Positions 52,540-64,000 of a stretch of 64,000 bases of DNA are shown here, in pieces. Origin of the DNA: Vermamoeba vermiformis (taxonomy: Eukaryota); the NCBI GenBank assembly GCA_045837725.1, contig JBEWZL010000282.1:310001-374000 (forward strand). The letters run 5' to 3'. The position numbers and the translations under genes are program-made. The stretch's first letter is position 1, and every line of letters starts with the position of its first letter. The notes under the pieces are model-generated. The model was not told where the DNA came from and did not search any database. It saw only the letters and a program-made list of their open reading frames with translations.

Positions 52540-55483
52540 ATGAGACGCACCATCGCACAGCTCACTCTCGTGTTGCTCGCAGCAGTGCTCGTCACGGCAC
52601 AGCAAGCGTGCAGCGAACTCAACGTTAAAGTGACTCGCGTAAGTACACTACTAGTGAATATGTGTTTATATATATATATAATTTTACTGTTAAAAGTGAC
52701 TCATTTATTTTTCCTTTAGACTATGCTTGACAGCGATCTTCGTCCTCCAGTCCATTGGATAGGCACTGAAAAGGTATTCAGCATAATATTATGGGCATTA
52801 TTATAATTGATATTGATACAGCGGATGACTATTTAATTTATGAATAATTCCTTAACAAATTTTCCAAATTGCGCACCTTATGTCATACCAACGACCAACT
52901 GCTCGATTAATCGCTGCGCCACTCTTGATACGCCCCCTGTCATAACTAACTGCTCATATAGAACATGTTGCTATTGACGCGCGGAGGTCACGTCTGGGCC
53001 TCGTATGACAAGGGCCAAACATTCCGCGATATTACGCGTGACTTGCCTGGCCTGGCTACCAATGTGTACATTTCGCAAATTATACCCACGGCGAAGGACG
53101 GTGCAGTACTCGTTGCAACAAACAACTTGGATGTGTGGAGCAGTAAGGATGGAGGCAGAACTTGGATTCACGGCAAATCAACCTTTGGCTCCATTCTCTC
53201 GCTACAAACCCATCCCGTGCACGACAGCTGGTTTGCAGTGCAGACAGTTAGCCGTGCATGCTTTGAATCACCAAACACTTGCTCGTTGGATCTGCATCTC
53301 ACCACTGACGGCGGTGCTAATTTTGCTCTGTTAACAACTTATATTACTGAGTTCAGTTGGGGAGGCGCAGGTTTGAATGGAGTACCAGAGAATCAACTGC
53401 TTGTAGTTGATTGGGCCGACAAGACTGGCGACTTCAGATCCAAGCCCGCCGATCAAAAGCGATTAGTGCGTTCTACCAGCTTCTTCTCGTCTTCAGACGT
53501 CATATTGCACAATGTAATCGACTTCTTGTACCTCAACAGTGTCTTCCTCGTCGCACAGCGCGGCAAAGTGATGGGAGGACTGCAGTTGCTGATCTCAGAG
53601 GACTACGGCGCGCATTGGATCACCACTCGCTTCCCTCACTCTGGTGCTTTGGAGCGCGTACGTATCCTGCCTTGTGCTGTTAATATCTGATAAGGCTCAC
53701 CATTACTTTGCAGCGCTACACGATTCTGGGCAGCGAACTCGGCGCAGTAGTGATCAACATTGAGCACGAGCATGATAACTGGGGCAATATATACGTCTCT
53801 GATCGCTTTGGAGGCAACTTCTCGCTCTCATTGCGCCACAATCCGGTACGAACTGTTGCAAGCCTAGTCACGTGATCACTGACCAATCCTGTTGCAGCGA
53901 CAACCGTGGGGCCCGTGCGACTTTGCACTGGTGAAGGGACTCGAGGGCATATTCCTAGCGAATGAGTTCCTGACGGAGGGCACTGATCCCGATGCTCCCG
54001 TCAGTGCGGATCGCGTCACCAAGATTTCGTTTGATCTGGGTGGCGAGTGGAACAGACTCAGCGGTCCTATTGATGCTGCATGCACTGCCAACAACAACTG
54101 CTGGCTCAACTTGCAGGGCATCACCACGAGTTACAGCGGACGATTCTACAGCGAGCCCACAGCGATTGGTATTCTGCTCGGCACTGGCAATGTTGGTCGT
54201 GCCCTGACTGACCGCACGGATCTGCTCAACACGTTCATGTCACGTGATGCGGGCTGGACGTGGCAATTGTTCCGCAATGGCTCGCATCAGTACGACATCA
54301 CCAATCACGGTGGCATTGTGCTGATGATCGATGACGTCGCACCCACGCGCACATTCATGTAAGTCGCTGTTTGACACCTCGTTCATGAATCGTTGGATTG
54401 CTGACACGTGTCTCACAGCTACACTTGGAACGAAGGTCTCGCCTTCACTGAGTGCGCATTCGCCACCAACAGAGAGAAGGCCTTTGATCTCGAGGGCGTC
54501 ATCTCCGAGCCCAGTGGACTGGATCCGCACTTCTTCCTCTACGGACGCGAACAGGGCAATGCGCAGGTGCACGGACTCTTGTTGCGCGCGGACTTTGATG
54601 ACTTGCACGAGCGCGCGTGTCACGGCTGGGAGACTCCTAGCACGGACAACTCCGACTACGAGCACTGGATGCCGTCCGCAGCACGTGGCGACGACTGTCT
54701 GCTCGGTCACCGCGACACCTTCACTCGCAAGAAGCGCGAGGCAGAGTGCTTGAATCCAGCGGCCTTCAATCCCCTGCAACACCGCATTCTCAAGAACTGC
54801 AGCTGCACGCGCGAGGACTATGCTTGGTAAGTCAGGTCCTGATGCTAAAAATAGCGCACTCACACCCTCTGATGCAGCGCTTATTGCTACGAACTGAATG
54901 AAAACAACGACTGCGTGTTGAGCTGCGACGACTTTGATCCGAAACAGGCCCCCGAGGACTGCGAGGGCACGTGGCAAGAGACGCAGGGCTACCGATTGGT
55001 GCCAGGTGACACTTGTGACGTCGGCACTGGCCTCAATTTGTTGCCCATCACTCGCGCGTGTCCTCCCAAGGCCCCCAGTGTGGCACAGGTGCCAGTGACT
55101 GCCCCCACTAGCAGTGTCGATGAGGGCACTTCGCCAGTGGTCAGCGCGTTGTTGTTGACCGTGCCGATACTCGCGGTCATCATCTTCTTGTGCGGACTGC
55201 TCTACTTCTTGGCAGCGCGCAGTCAAGCCGTGCGCAATGTAGTCTCCAAGGTGTTGCCTGAACGATTGCTGCCGACCTTCCAGCCCCCTGCCTCTGATTA
55301 CAGCTCTGCTTTGCAATTCAATCCCAACGCCCCCAACATTTTGGACGAGGATTTGTTGCAAGATGACGATGATGCGCTGCAAGAGGACGGTAAGTACCAT
55401 TAGTTTGAAAGAAAGCAAGACTAACGTCAAATGTAGCTGCTGTTTTGGACTTGGAACAACCGGACACCAGAGACAACCAATAA
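52540..55483 (+). CDS. VPS10: Vps10/sortilin-family sorting receptor
   Basis: Signal peptide, BNR/Asp-box repeats (SYDKGQTF, SKDGGRTW, SRDAGWTW), 10CC module (CSCTREDY..C, GYRLVPGDTC), one TM helix and an acidic tail with DEDLL. Confidence 0.92.
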
Positions 55484-56045
55484 TTTGCTCTGTAAATAAG
55501 TAATGCAACAATTTTAGTAAAGTAATTATCTGTTAAAAAATCCCACAGTAGTACTATGACATTTGTTTTGCATATGTGAATACGTGCATCAACTCAGTTT
55601 GGAATGGAAGAAATCTGCCAATTTGATTTACTTTGGCTGGAGCAGCCTGGAAAGCACGTAGATCCAGCTTTTTTACACAAACAACTTTTCGTTCCAAGCT
55701 GTTGCCAGGTTGCTGTGTCTGCTGTAAATCCTCAAATCGCCAATAGAATCAGCGGTCCAGCGTGTCACTGGGCACCAAAGGTTTGGGCTTACTTGCCCCA
55801 TTTGGAGCACTTAATGCTGCATTATTGAACATATCAAAGATAGACAATGAAGGATAAACGCTTTGACTACTTGATGACTCAGAGTAGAATGGGGGACGGC
55901 CCGGCTGGATTGGCCAGGGTGGGCTCCTGCATGCTTCCTGGAAAAATTACTAATTCCTACCAACTTGGCCTGGCTGACCTCCAATCTGAGGACAGTGGAC
56001 CAACACAACTTCTTTGGGCGGATGTCCCGTCCGGCAAAAATTGGA

Positions 56046-57157
56046 ATCGAAAGGTATTGTAAAAATGCATTTGGGTATATTTGGGGGGCATTGGGAGGAT
56101 TATTTGATGGAAAATCAATGTTTTGTAAGATTTTAATAAAATTTGATGTTGGCCCTTGAAATTACTTGCAAAAATCTGCAAATTTTCAATCATTGCTGCC
56201 CCATTCGGAAATCATTAGCAATTTCCAAATTAGGAAGGTTGCTAGCATAAACAATGCTTTACAGCATGTACATACCATTCCAACTTGTCCCGTCAAATTC
56301 TGTCAATTACTAACTGTTTGCCAGAGTGCTCCAAGGTGGAAACAGGCAGTTAGTGTAACTAGCAAATATAACCATATATGGCAGGAGGTTATGGACATCA
56401 TAAGTGGACCTTTACAAAAAACAATGATTTGAACTTGCCGCGCCAAATTCCGGCAATTACTAACGACTTCCTTGTTGCTCGTAATCCTTGTAAATTCTGT
56501 TTTTTAACTGAAATTTCGGGATTTGACAGTAATTACCAAATTAGGAAAGGATGGGGCAGTTGGCATTTGTTGCACCATGGTTACTAAAGTTGAAACTTGT
56601 CCCGACAGTTTTTATCAATTACTAACGATTTGCTGATCACTTTACTATATTTCTATATTAGGCAAGTAGAAAACTCAGTTTTCACCTGGGAAGTGCAAGG
56701 CATATAAATGATGAAGGGAAACTGTTAGTAATTGCCAGATCATATGCACACAAGTGCCAAGAGGAGTGTTTTGCAAATGTCCACCTCATGGACCCCTGAT
56801 ATGCACCACAAATTTCCTTTTTAGGCTATTCCATGCTATATACTTGCTTTTTGCACTGTATTTGCCCTAGGAACACTCAAGTAAGCATCAGACTCCAATT
56901 CTTTTGTGTACCATGATCTGGCAACCTTCAAAGCATCAAATCATGATTACAAACCAGTGAAACACTTCCTAATATGGGCACCTTAGAGTAAAATGGGGTT
57001 TTCCCAGTTGATTTTCAAGAAAACAGGCTGTAACTTCAGCTCTACGGCATATTTTGATGTGCCGTTTTTTTTGTTCAACTTGCACTTCCATGTACTATGG
57101 GTTTTCTGAATAAAAAAATGAAATATACCCAAATGCATTTTTACAATACCCTCCGAT
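56046..57157. mobile_element. Nested non-autonomous TIR element (MITE-like, ~1.1 kb)
   Basis: 37-bp inverted repeats with 2 mismatches (ATCGRARGGTATTGTAAAAATGCATTTGGGTATATTT, 56046-56082 and 57121-57157), flanked by TGGA on both sides, with internal CAATTACTAAC repeats. Confidence 0.75.
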
Positions 57158-57189
57158 TGGACGTCCACCACGGACCGCGCGTCCGCCGA

Positions 57190-58654
57190 CCATACATCAT
57201 ACAGTAGGAAGATTTTAACAAGATTTCTATATGCCCTGTATATGATTAAGCATATCCCTTCATTATAACAAGGTTTGCCACCATACTGGACAAAGTTACA
57301 ACATAAAAAAGATGATTCAAAAAAATTTTCATAGCTAGGTGACAATGTATTGTAGCCAAAGGTCAGGGTTGCATAAAATACGTATATTTGTGTTGTACCA
57401 AGCATGTGCTGGTGGGTGGGTTCATACTTAATGCTGAAAATTTACAAATTGCTGCCACTACAATATCATTGATGATTACTTATATTTTCTTGTTAGATAG
57501 TGATAGATGGAAAGGCACACTACGTCCTTGAGAGGCCACCTCCAATTTGTCTTTAATGTACTCATATAATACTACTTGAGCATTGGCTGATAATAGTTTT
57601 TTGGTAAGCAAGGACACTTCTTACAATTGTTCTAATTCTGTTAGGCGTGCACTGACATGGCAAATCGCTTTTTCTATGTCTCGGATTCGCATCCAGCTGG
57701 TGAATACAATGACCAAAAGCTGCTATCAACATACATCGAAGACTACAAAACTGTCATGCAAAAAGGAGAAGTGACAATTGCTGATGGAGCTTTCTCAAAG
57801 GATGCACCAAGTACCATGTTTTGGGGTAAGAATAGCAATTTTAGGAAGTTTTATTTTGACGGTGATTAGTTCCAATTCGAAAACCTCAAGGAATTATCTG
57901 CTGTACAAGCACTTAGCAATGATGCCCATCGCCTCATTAGAAGTAGCATAGAAAGAAGCTTTGGTTTACTCAAAACTTTGTTTAAAGTTTTGAGAAAAAA
58001 GTACAAGCACAGACTAGACACCTACAACTTGGTCTTCAAAATTTGTGTTGCACTGTACAACATTCAGCTGACTGCATCAACTGTGAACTACAGCAACCAT
58101 CCAATTATGACGTAAGACAATGTACAAACACAATGAAGTACTAATAGTATTGCAGCTATGAGCCAGTGCTAAATCAGGAATTAGATGGTGAAGAACAGTC
58201 AGAAAATGATGATGACAATGCGTTTCCTGCCCATCATGGCATGGATGATGAGGAGTATGTGAACGATGCTTACGATGAGCCTCCAGACTACGAGATATCT
58301 GAACAAGATCTGAACACCAACAAGCGGCAAAGAAGAAAGCTTCTGAATAAGCTCAGGCACTCGCCAGCTATGGTTACAGAATTCAAAGCTTATTACAAGT
58401 TATGGAAAGACTTCTCAAATGCATCAAAGAGAATGCAAAACTTGCACAATAGTTCTGCGCAGAACCCAGTTGCCTTCAATAACAGATCATTCAGAGAGGC
58501 GCTCCATGCTGTTTCTCAAGCTAATAAGGCTATAACGGATGCAGACAAGCGGTTCACAATGTTTTCTGTCCTGACACCTGCTGACATGGAGTTGTTGAGA
58601 GATCTGGTGGAGAAAGACGAGTCAGATCTAACAGCAATCAAGCCCCTGCTGTAG
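57190..58654 (+). pseudogene. Intron-containing DDE_Tnp_4-type transposase pseudogene
   Basis: RFLYALYMIKHIP (HTH-like), VIDG, TDMANRFFYVSDSHPAGEYND, IADGAF, PIRKPQG and RSSIERSFGLLK...ICVALYN. In-frame stops and at least two frameshifts, plus an acidic/helical C-terminal exon. Confidence 0.8.
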
Positions 58655-59357
58655 ATAGTGATGAAAGTGGACCCTCCCAGACACCTTCCAAAAAGCAAAA
58701 AGTGTAACTTCCATAGACAATGTCCCTTAATGTTCAGAGAGTGTGTATCAGTAGTTTTATAGTGTAGTTAATATAAATATGCAAGTTTTAGTCACTTATC
58801 TCATATACCCACTTGGCCGGCCGGACTGGCCGGGCCGGCCACTCAGTCCAAGCCGGCCACAAAGGCCCGGCCGGCCATCTTGGCTTATCTGGCCTGGCCG
58901 TCCCCCTCTGGCTCGATGTTAGTAATTGACCAACTTATGCTAAACTCTGCCATTACCACCAGCGGGCCCAAGAAACTACTATTGACATCAGGAGGCTTTG
59001 GGCTACGCGTTGGAGGCTGAAAAAGGCAATGTTCGCAAAGAACTTCAGCATGTGCAACTTCGTTCTACTTGTAGCAAAACTACTTCCTTGCCGCATCTGG
59101 GCCGACCATCCTAATGTCAAGCCATAGAACTGGAGTATTGCTGTTGCTGTCTTCATCACTATGCTCAAAAATGGGCCAGTGACATTCAAGGTGGCTGTCC
59201 TGTATCTGTACGGGGTGGGATAAATGGAAAGAAAAAAAGAGGATTGGTTCACATGATCATTCAGTAATCTAAACAAACCATCTGGGCTTACTAACTAGCT
59301 GAATACATTTCTGTGCATACAACAAGACCAAGAACAATGAAATGTACAGCAACCTCT

Positions 59358-60549
59358 TTATTGCACTTTTTGTGCTTGTCGTCCACCAGTGCTGGTTTCA
59401 AACTTTACATCCTCTTCCCTCTCTTTAACAGCCTCTTCGTAGTTCCACTCACAAATGTCCAAGTAGTACAGTGCCTCTTCATTGGACACTCGTTGAGTGC
59501 GCTTGAATCTGTTGAGCATTTGAGCTTGGCGGCATGCCACATCTTCCTGCGACACTTCATCTGCAACTTCTACTTCGTCGGTCTTGCGTGGTATGACGAG
59601 CTGGGAATAGGCGAAGATGTTGTCGCTGGTCATCTTGTTCGCGGCTTTGATGTCTGCCACTGTGACATCGTATTTGAGTGCGAGGCCGTACAGCGTGTCA
59701 CTCGTCTTCACGTAATGAATCAGCTCCGTGCCCATCAGTTGTGTGCTCGATACGCGCACTGGAGCACGTGATTTGCGCGTCGTGTCACGTGACGTGTCAT
59801 TTGCAGATTTGGTGTCACTCGTCTTGGACGGTGTGTCATGCTTCATGGTGCGTGTGGCACCTGGCACTGGTCCGAGGCCCGTGAAGTCAATCAATGCCTC
59901 GTCCTGATCAGTCACGTGCTCGTTCTGTCCAAATGTGCGACGCAGTTCATCGTAGAGTGTGAGTGACTTGCTGGCCTCGACGTCCTCCAAGTGGTACTGC
60001 ACGCGACAACCAGGGGCGTGCTCGTCGTTCTTGCAACAGCTCCACATCGGAAATGCGCCCATGTGCTGCGAGGTGATGGGCTGTCACGTGTCAGTCTCAG
60101 TGCGGCGAGTGCGCGGTACGTACCGATTGATACTTGCCCGGGTGATATCTGCAGGGTGCAGCGCTGCTCTTGTCCGCAACATTGTCCTTCTCTTTGTAGT
60201 ACTGACCGCAGTTCTTGCAGCGCTTCAGTGCTTCTTTCGGATCAGATTTCACTGCGGGTTCTTTGGCTTGGTTGACTACAGGCTGCATCTCAAACTGGTA
60301 TGTTCCTATATGAGTCTTTGAGGGCGGTGAGCTCGCTAGCTCGTTAACATGTTGCGCATAGAAATTCGTGGTCTGAAAAGAAAATGGAGGAGATGTGGCT
60401 GAGGGCGGGCTTTGCGGGCGCTTGAGTGGCGGTAATGTAATATTTATAGGTGTGTGCAGTGGTGCAACACTCGTTGGCTGATTGTCGGAGCTAGCTCCAG
60501 CGGAGATTTGTTTGTCTTTGTAATAGAGAAAGTCGCTGTATTCAGCCAT
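59358..60549 (-). CDS. CHORD/Btk-like zinc finger + LysM + UBA-like domain protein
   Basis: CKNC...CRYHPG...WSCC...GC..QYH, LysM HYVKTSDTLYGLALKYDVTVADIKAAN...LVIP, and EEALYYLDICEWNYEEAV. Confidence 0.8.
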
Positions 60550-60952
60550 TCTTTTGAGAAATATGGAACCAGTTATTTACTAACAACGTATTGTTTGCGA
60601 TACAGGCTAAGTACTGCCGTGTTGCTCTGCTTTGATGTATGTTCGGTAAATAATTGAATTTCACCGCGAATAGTCGAGGCTGAGAGGTCACGTGATTGAT
60701 CGTGTTGCACGCTCAATATGTCACATATATACTAGTAACCTTAGTTCTATTAAACAGTGGTTTATTTCGTCCATTCAATCATTATGGACAGACCCGTTAC
60801 AAAAATTTGTTTAAATATCGTTGTTTGAATGTTAGACGCTATTTGTTTCGCATTGTGTTGAGCTATAGGACATGAAGAACATATGGATAGTGAATATAAA
60901 GGCAGGAATAAGGGTAGAGGGGTAGGGTAGATGTTATTGGATGTAGTTTCGC

Positions 60953-62710
60953 TTAGAGTCTGTTCCAGTAGGTCCAACCTCTCAACACGTTGTAGTCGGG
61001 CAATTCAGCGAGATTTCCTACAGCAGCGACAGCAATGTCTTGATCGAAGAAGTGCTTGTCCACCACACGGGTCAGATCAGAGTGGTCGATCTGATCAATG
61101 CGATCAAAAATCTCCTTGGGAGTAACGCGACGACCAAAAGTGAGTGCTTGACGACCAATCTCCTCGCAGATAGCACCAGAGCCATCGAGTTGCATCAAGA
61201 AAGCAGCCTTGACCTTGTTCTTGGCGCGCTCGAGTTCCAGATCTGAAATACCCTTGCCGAGTCGTTGCATCTCATTGATCACTTCGTAGGACATGTCTTC
61301 CAAGTTGCCCGGCTCAGCAGTGAAGTAGACACCGAAGAGGCCAGACTGATTGTAGCAGGTGTTGAAGGCCGTGTAGCTGTGCGCCAAGCCCTCGTGCGCC
61401 ACGGTCTCAGCCAAGCGCGCGCTCAGTGTCTTGCCCGCACCCAGACTGCGGTCCCAACTGCCTACCAGCGCTTGCAGCACCAAGAAGGTGAAGTACTCGG
61501 GATGCGTCCAGGACACTCCTTCGAAGGCAATAGCGACGTGAGCCTTGTCGATAGTGTTGTCGCGCACGCGGATCTCGCTGCCAGTGAAGGTCATGGGACC
61601 GAGTTGAGGAGTGGCATCGCTGTCAGGGATCTTGCTGAATGACTTGGCTGCCAAGTCCACGAGCTGCGCGTGTTGCACGGCACCAGCACCAGCGACCACC
61701 ATGCGAGGACCGCGGTAGTGGGTCTGAATGTACTGCGCCAAGTCCTCGCGCTGCAGGGACTTGATGTTGTGTGTCTCACCGAGAATGGTGCGCGCGAGAG
61801 GGGTGCCCTGATAGGCAGCAGCGTGGAGGTAGTCAAACACGACCTCTTCGACCTCACTCTCGACCACTTCCTTCTCCTTCAAGATGACACTGCGCTCACG
61901 CTCCACGTGCTCCTTGCTGAGGGTGGAGTGTTGCAGAATGTCAGAGAGAATGTCGATCATCTTGGGCACATCGGTCTTGAAGCACTTGCCGACATAGACA
62001 GTCTGTTCGCGACTAGTGTAGGCATTGAGCGAGCCACCCATATTCTCGACTTCGAGTTCAATGTCTTGTTGGCTGCGCGATTGCGTGCCTTTGAAGGCCA
62101 TGTGTTCCAAGAAGTGCGCCACACCGTTGTTCTTGTCAGTCTCGTACACTGAGCCAGCTGCAATCCACACACCAACAGTGGCTGTTTGACCAAAGCCGTC
62201 TTCACTCACCACGCGGATCTTGTTCGCCAAAGTGGTCGAGCGAGTGGGCGGGAAGCTGGCCAAGTGGGGGACTACAATACCAGTGTGCACATTAGTAGCA
62301 ACGTGAACTTGACGGGTTTGAGTATTTGTGAGTTTCTTGTTTTGGTTCTGAGAGAGAGCGGCCCAAGTGGTCTGCATCAACAGAAAATTAATTCAATAAC
62401 CAGCGTTTGTGGGCATCAGAGTTCTAAATTTGTTGGCGATAATTATACAATTTATGTTATTGTCGAAACGCTATTAAAGAGAGTTATCAAAATAACACTC
62501 TTGCAATAATAATTCATCTAAATCTGTCCAAAAAAATAATTATGCAATTTTACGCCACAAAATGACATGAAATATTACTTAGTAATTGATATATTCGTGA
62601 TGAAATGAATAAATTGGTACCTTATTGCGACATCCAAGATTTTGCGAGATTTGAGCCTTGAGGTGTCTTGTTACAGAACCGACTCGAATTGATTTAATAG
62701 CTCCAAGCAC
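60953..62710 (-). CDS. PMPCB: Mitochondrial processing peptidase beta subunit (M16)
   Basis: NGVAHFLEHMAFKGT, LNAYTSREQT and EIGRQALTFGRR. The first exon (62621-62710) apparently begins with GTG. An alternative ATG lies at 62377. Confidence 0.93.
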
Positions 62711-63022
62711 TTATTATGTATTATATAGCGCAACACCTGAATAAAATACAATACAGTTATTTTTGATAATGGTCAACAGAAATAAAAACGCAGATTGTAG
62801 TTGTTGCTTGGGCGTTCATTCACTCCATCCACTACAATACTTACAATATATATGCCCTGCTTCTTCAGCACAAAAAAACGAATGGCCGTTTTGCGTCCGA
62901 ACAGTTGGTGAAATCAGGATTATTTTGGTGCCCAGTGAATGCAGGGCTGGTGCCGAGTGGGCAGGACAAAAACAGATTTTCCTTGCTTGAAATTTATTTA
63001 GGGCTCATTCGAAGTTTTGATT

Positions 63023-63097
63023 GTATCCTTGCAACACCTCTTACGTCATTCTACTTAATTACTCCTTTAGTATTATTATCCTTAACTTCTTTTCCAG
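63023..63097 (+). other. U12-type GT-AG intron in the 5'UTR of CAP
   Basis: GTATCCTT (63023-63030), perfect branch TCCTTAAC (63079-63086), CAG ending at 63097, 6 nt before the ATG. Confidence 0.82.
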
Positions 63098-63103
63098 TTC
63101 ACG

Positions 63104-64000
63104 ATGTCGTTGGAATCTGTTATTGGTACCTTGGTTAAGCGTTTGGAGTCGGTTACTTCACGCTTGGAGGCCATTGAGAAGCAAGTTGGCAGTGGTAGTG
63201 GCTCTGCTGCACCCTCTGCACCCTCTGCTGCCTCTTCTGGTGGCTCTTCTGCCTCAGTCAACGACTTCGAGGATTTAATCAACGGTGCCTTCAAGGCTTA
63301 CGTCGCTGCTGCCAACAAGCTCGGTGGAGATCTTACCGCTCAAGTAAGTACTATTGGAGAATAAGCAGCGATTGGAGAATCTTGTTAATTGAGCAACATC
63401 CGATTAAAATTAAAAAATATCAAAAAAAATATTTTTATTAGGGTTGAAAGCCGTAAATTTCGCTTTATGGTATAAATATTAATATCTTGTTTGTGTAGGC
63501 CACTCTAGTTGAGAAAGCCGTGCAAGAATTGCACGATATTGTGGTTGCTGCCAGCAAAGCCAAGAAGCCGTCAGATGCTGAGCTGAACAACTTGACCGCC
63601 AACCTCAAGGCTCTCGCTGGTCAAATCGTCGAACACAAGGACAAATTGCGCACTTCCAAGCAATTCAACCACTTGTCCGCAGTCGCTGAAGGCATCAATG
63701 CCTTGTTGTGGGTGCTCGTGGCCCCCACACCTGGCCCCTTCGTCGCTGAAGCACGTGACAGCTCGACCTTCTACGTGAACAGAGTGCTCAAGGACCACAA
63801 GGGTGATGCTGACAACACCAATGTCGTCAACAACTGGGTCGCTTTCTTGAAGGAGATGGAAGCCTACATCAAGCGTCACCACACCACTGGCCTCACTTGG
63901 AATGCCAAGGGTGCTGCGCTCAGCGAAGTCGCCAAGCCCTCTGCCCCTGTTGCTGCTCCTCAATCGAGCGGTGGTGCTCCTCCTCCACCTCCTGGCCCTC
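63104..64000 (+). CDS. CAP1: Adenylyl cyclase-associated protein CAP/Srv2 (3' truncated by window end)
   Basis: LVKRLESVTSRLE, FNHLSAVAEGI, FYVNRVLK, HHTTGLTWN and the start of the poly-Pro region. Confidence 0.95.

Larger units (their letters stand above)
55891..58906 (+). mobile_element. Decayed PIF/Harbinger-ISL2EU (IS5-like DDE_Tnp_4) DNA transposon
   Basis: Imperfect ~34-bp TIRs beginning GGGGGACGGCC (55891) and ending GGCCGTCCCCC (58906), GGCCGGCC subterminal repeats at 58814-58876, and a broken transposase inside. No clean TSD. Confidence 0.8.

Noticed and set aside
53662-53668. GTATCCT in a Vps10 intron as a U12 donor
   Set aside because: The frame-preserving donor is the GTACGT 4 nt upstream, and there is no U12 branch consensus.
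55543-59315. Outer Transib-like element bounded by CACAG...CTGTG
   Set aside because: Only 5 bp of inverted match and no 5-bp TSD.

Overview
Gene-dense eukaryotic nuclear DNA with many short spliceosomal introns, probably from an amoebozoan (inferred from the Shk-type kinase-SH2 gene, the TSET-like domain and intron style). About 27 protein-coding genes can be reconstructed by hand-splicing. They include TERT, KNL1/Spc105, Cdc25, NPC1, strumpellin, Vps10, fumarase, TM9SF, GGH, U1-C, MPP-beta and CAP (partial). A CpG-poor island of about 3.8 kb holds a decayed PIF/Harbinger-ISL2EU-type transposon with a nested TIR element. Main observations: (1) four minor-spliceosome (U12-type) introns in 64 kb, one AT-AC and one in a 5'UTR; (2) a strongly over-represented palindrome TGACACGTGTCA, mostly in introns; (3) a Rab2-like GTPase with no C-terminal prenylation cysteines but an N-terminal Cys-Cys; (4) a TERT with a ~245-aa CDK-site-rich insertion in the RNA-binding domain; (5) an FeSOD-fold protein with Q69E and H30V equivalents; (6) a likely GUG-initiated MPP-beta; (7) unusual domain fusions (ARM-kinase-SH2, SAM-tandem SagB). 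CDS coordinates span start to stop including introns. Exon models are manual and no database searches were run.
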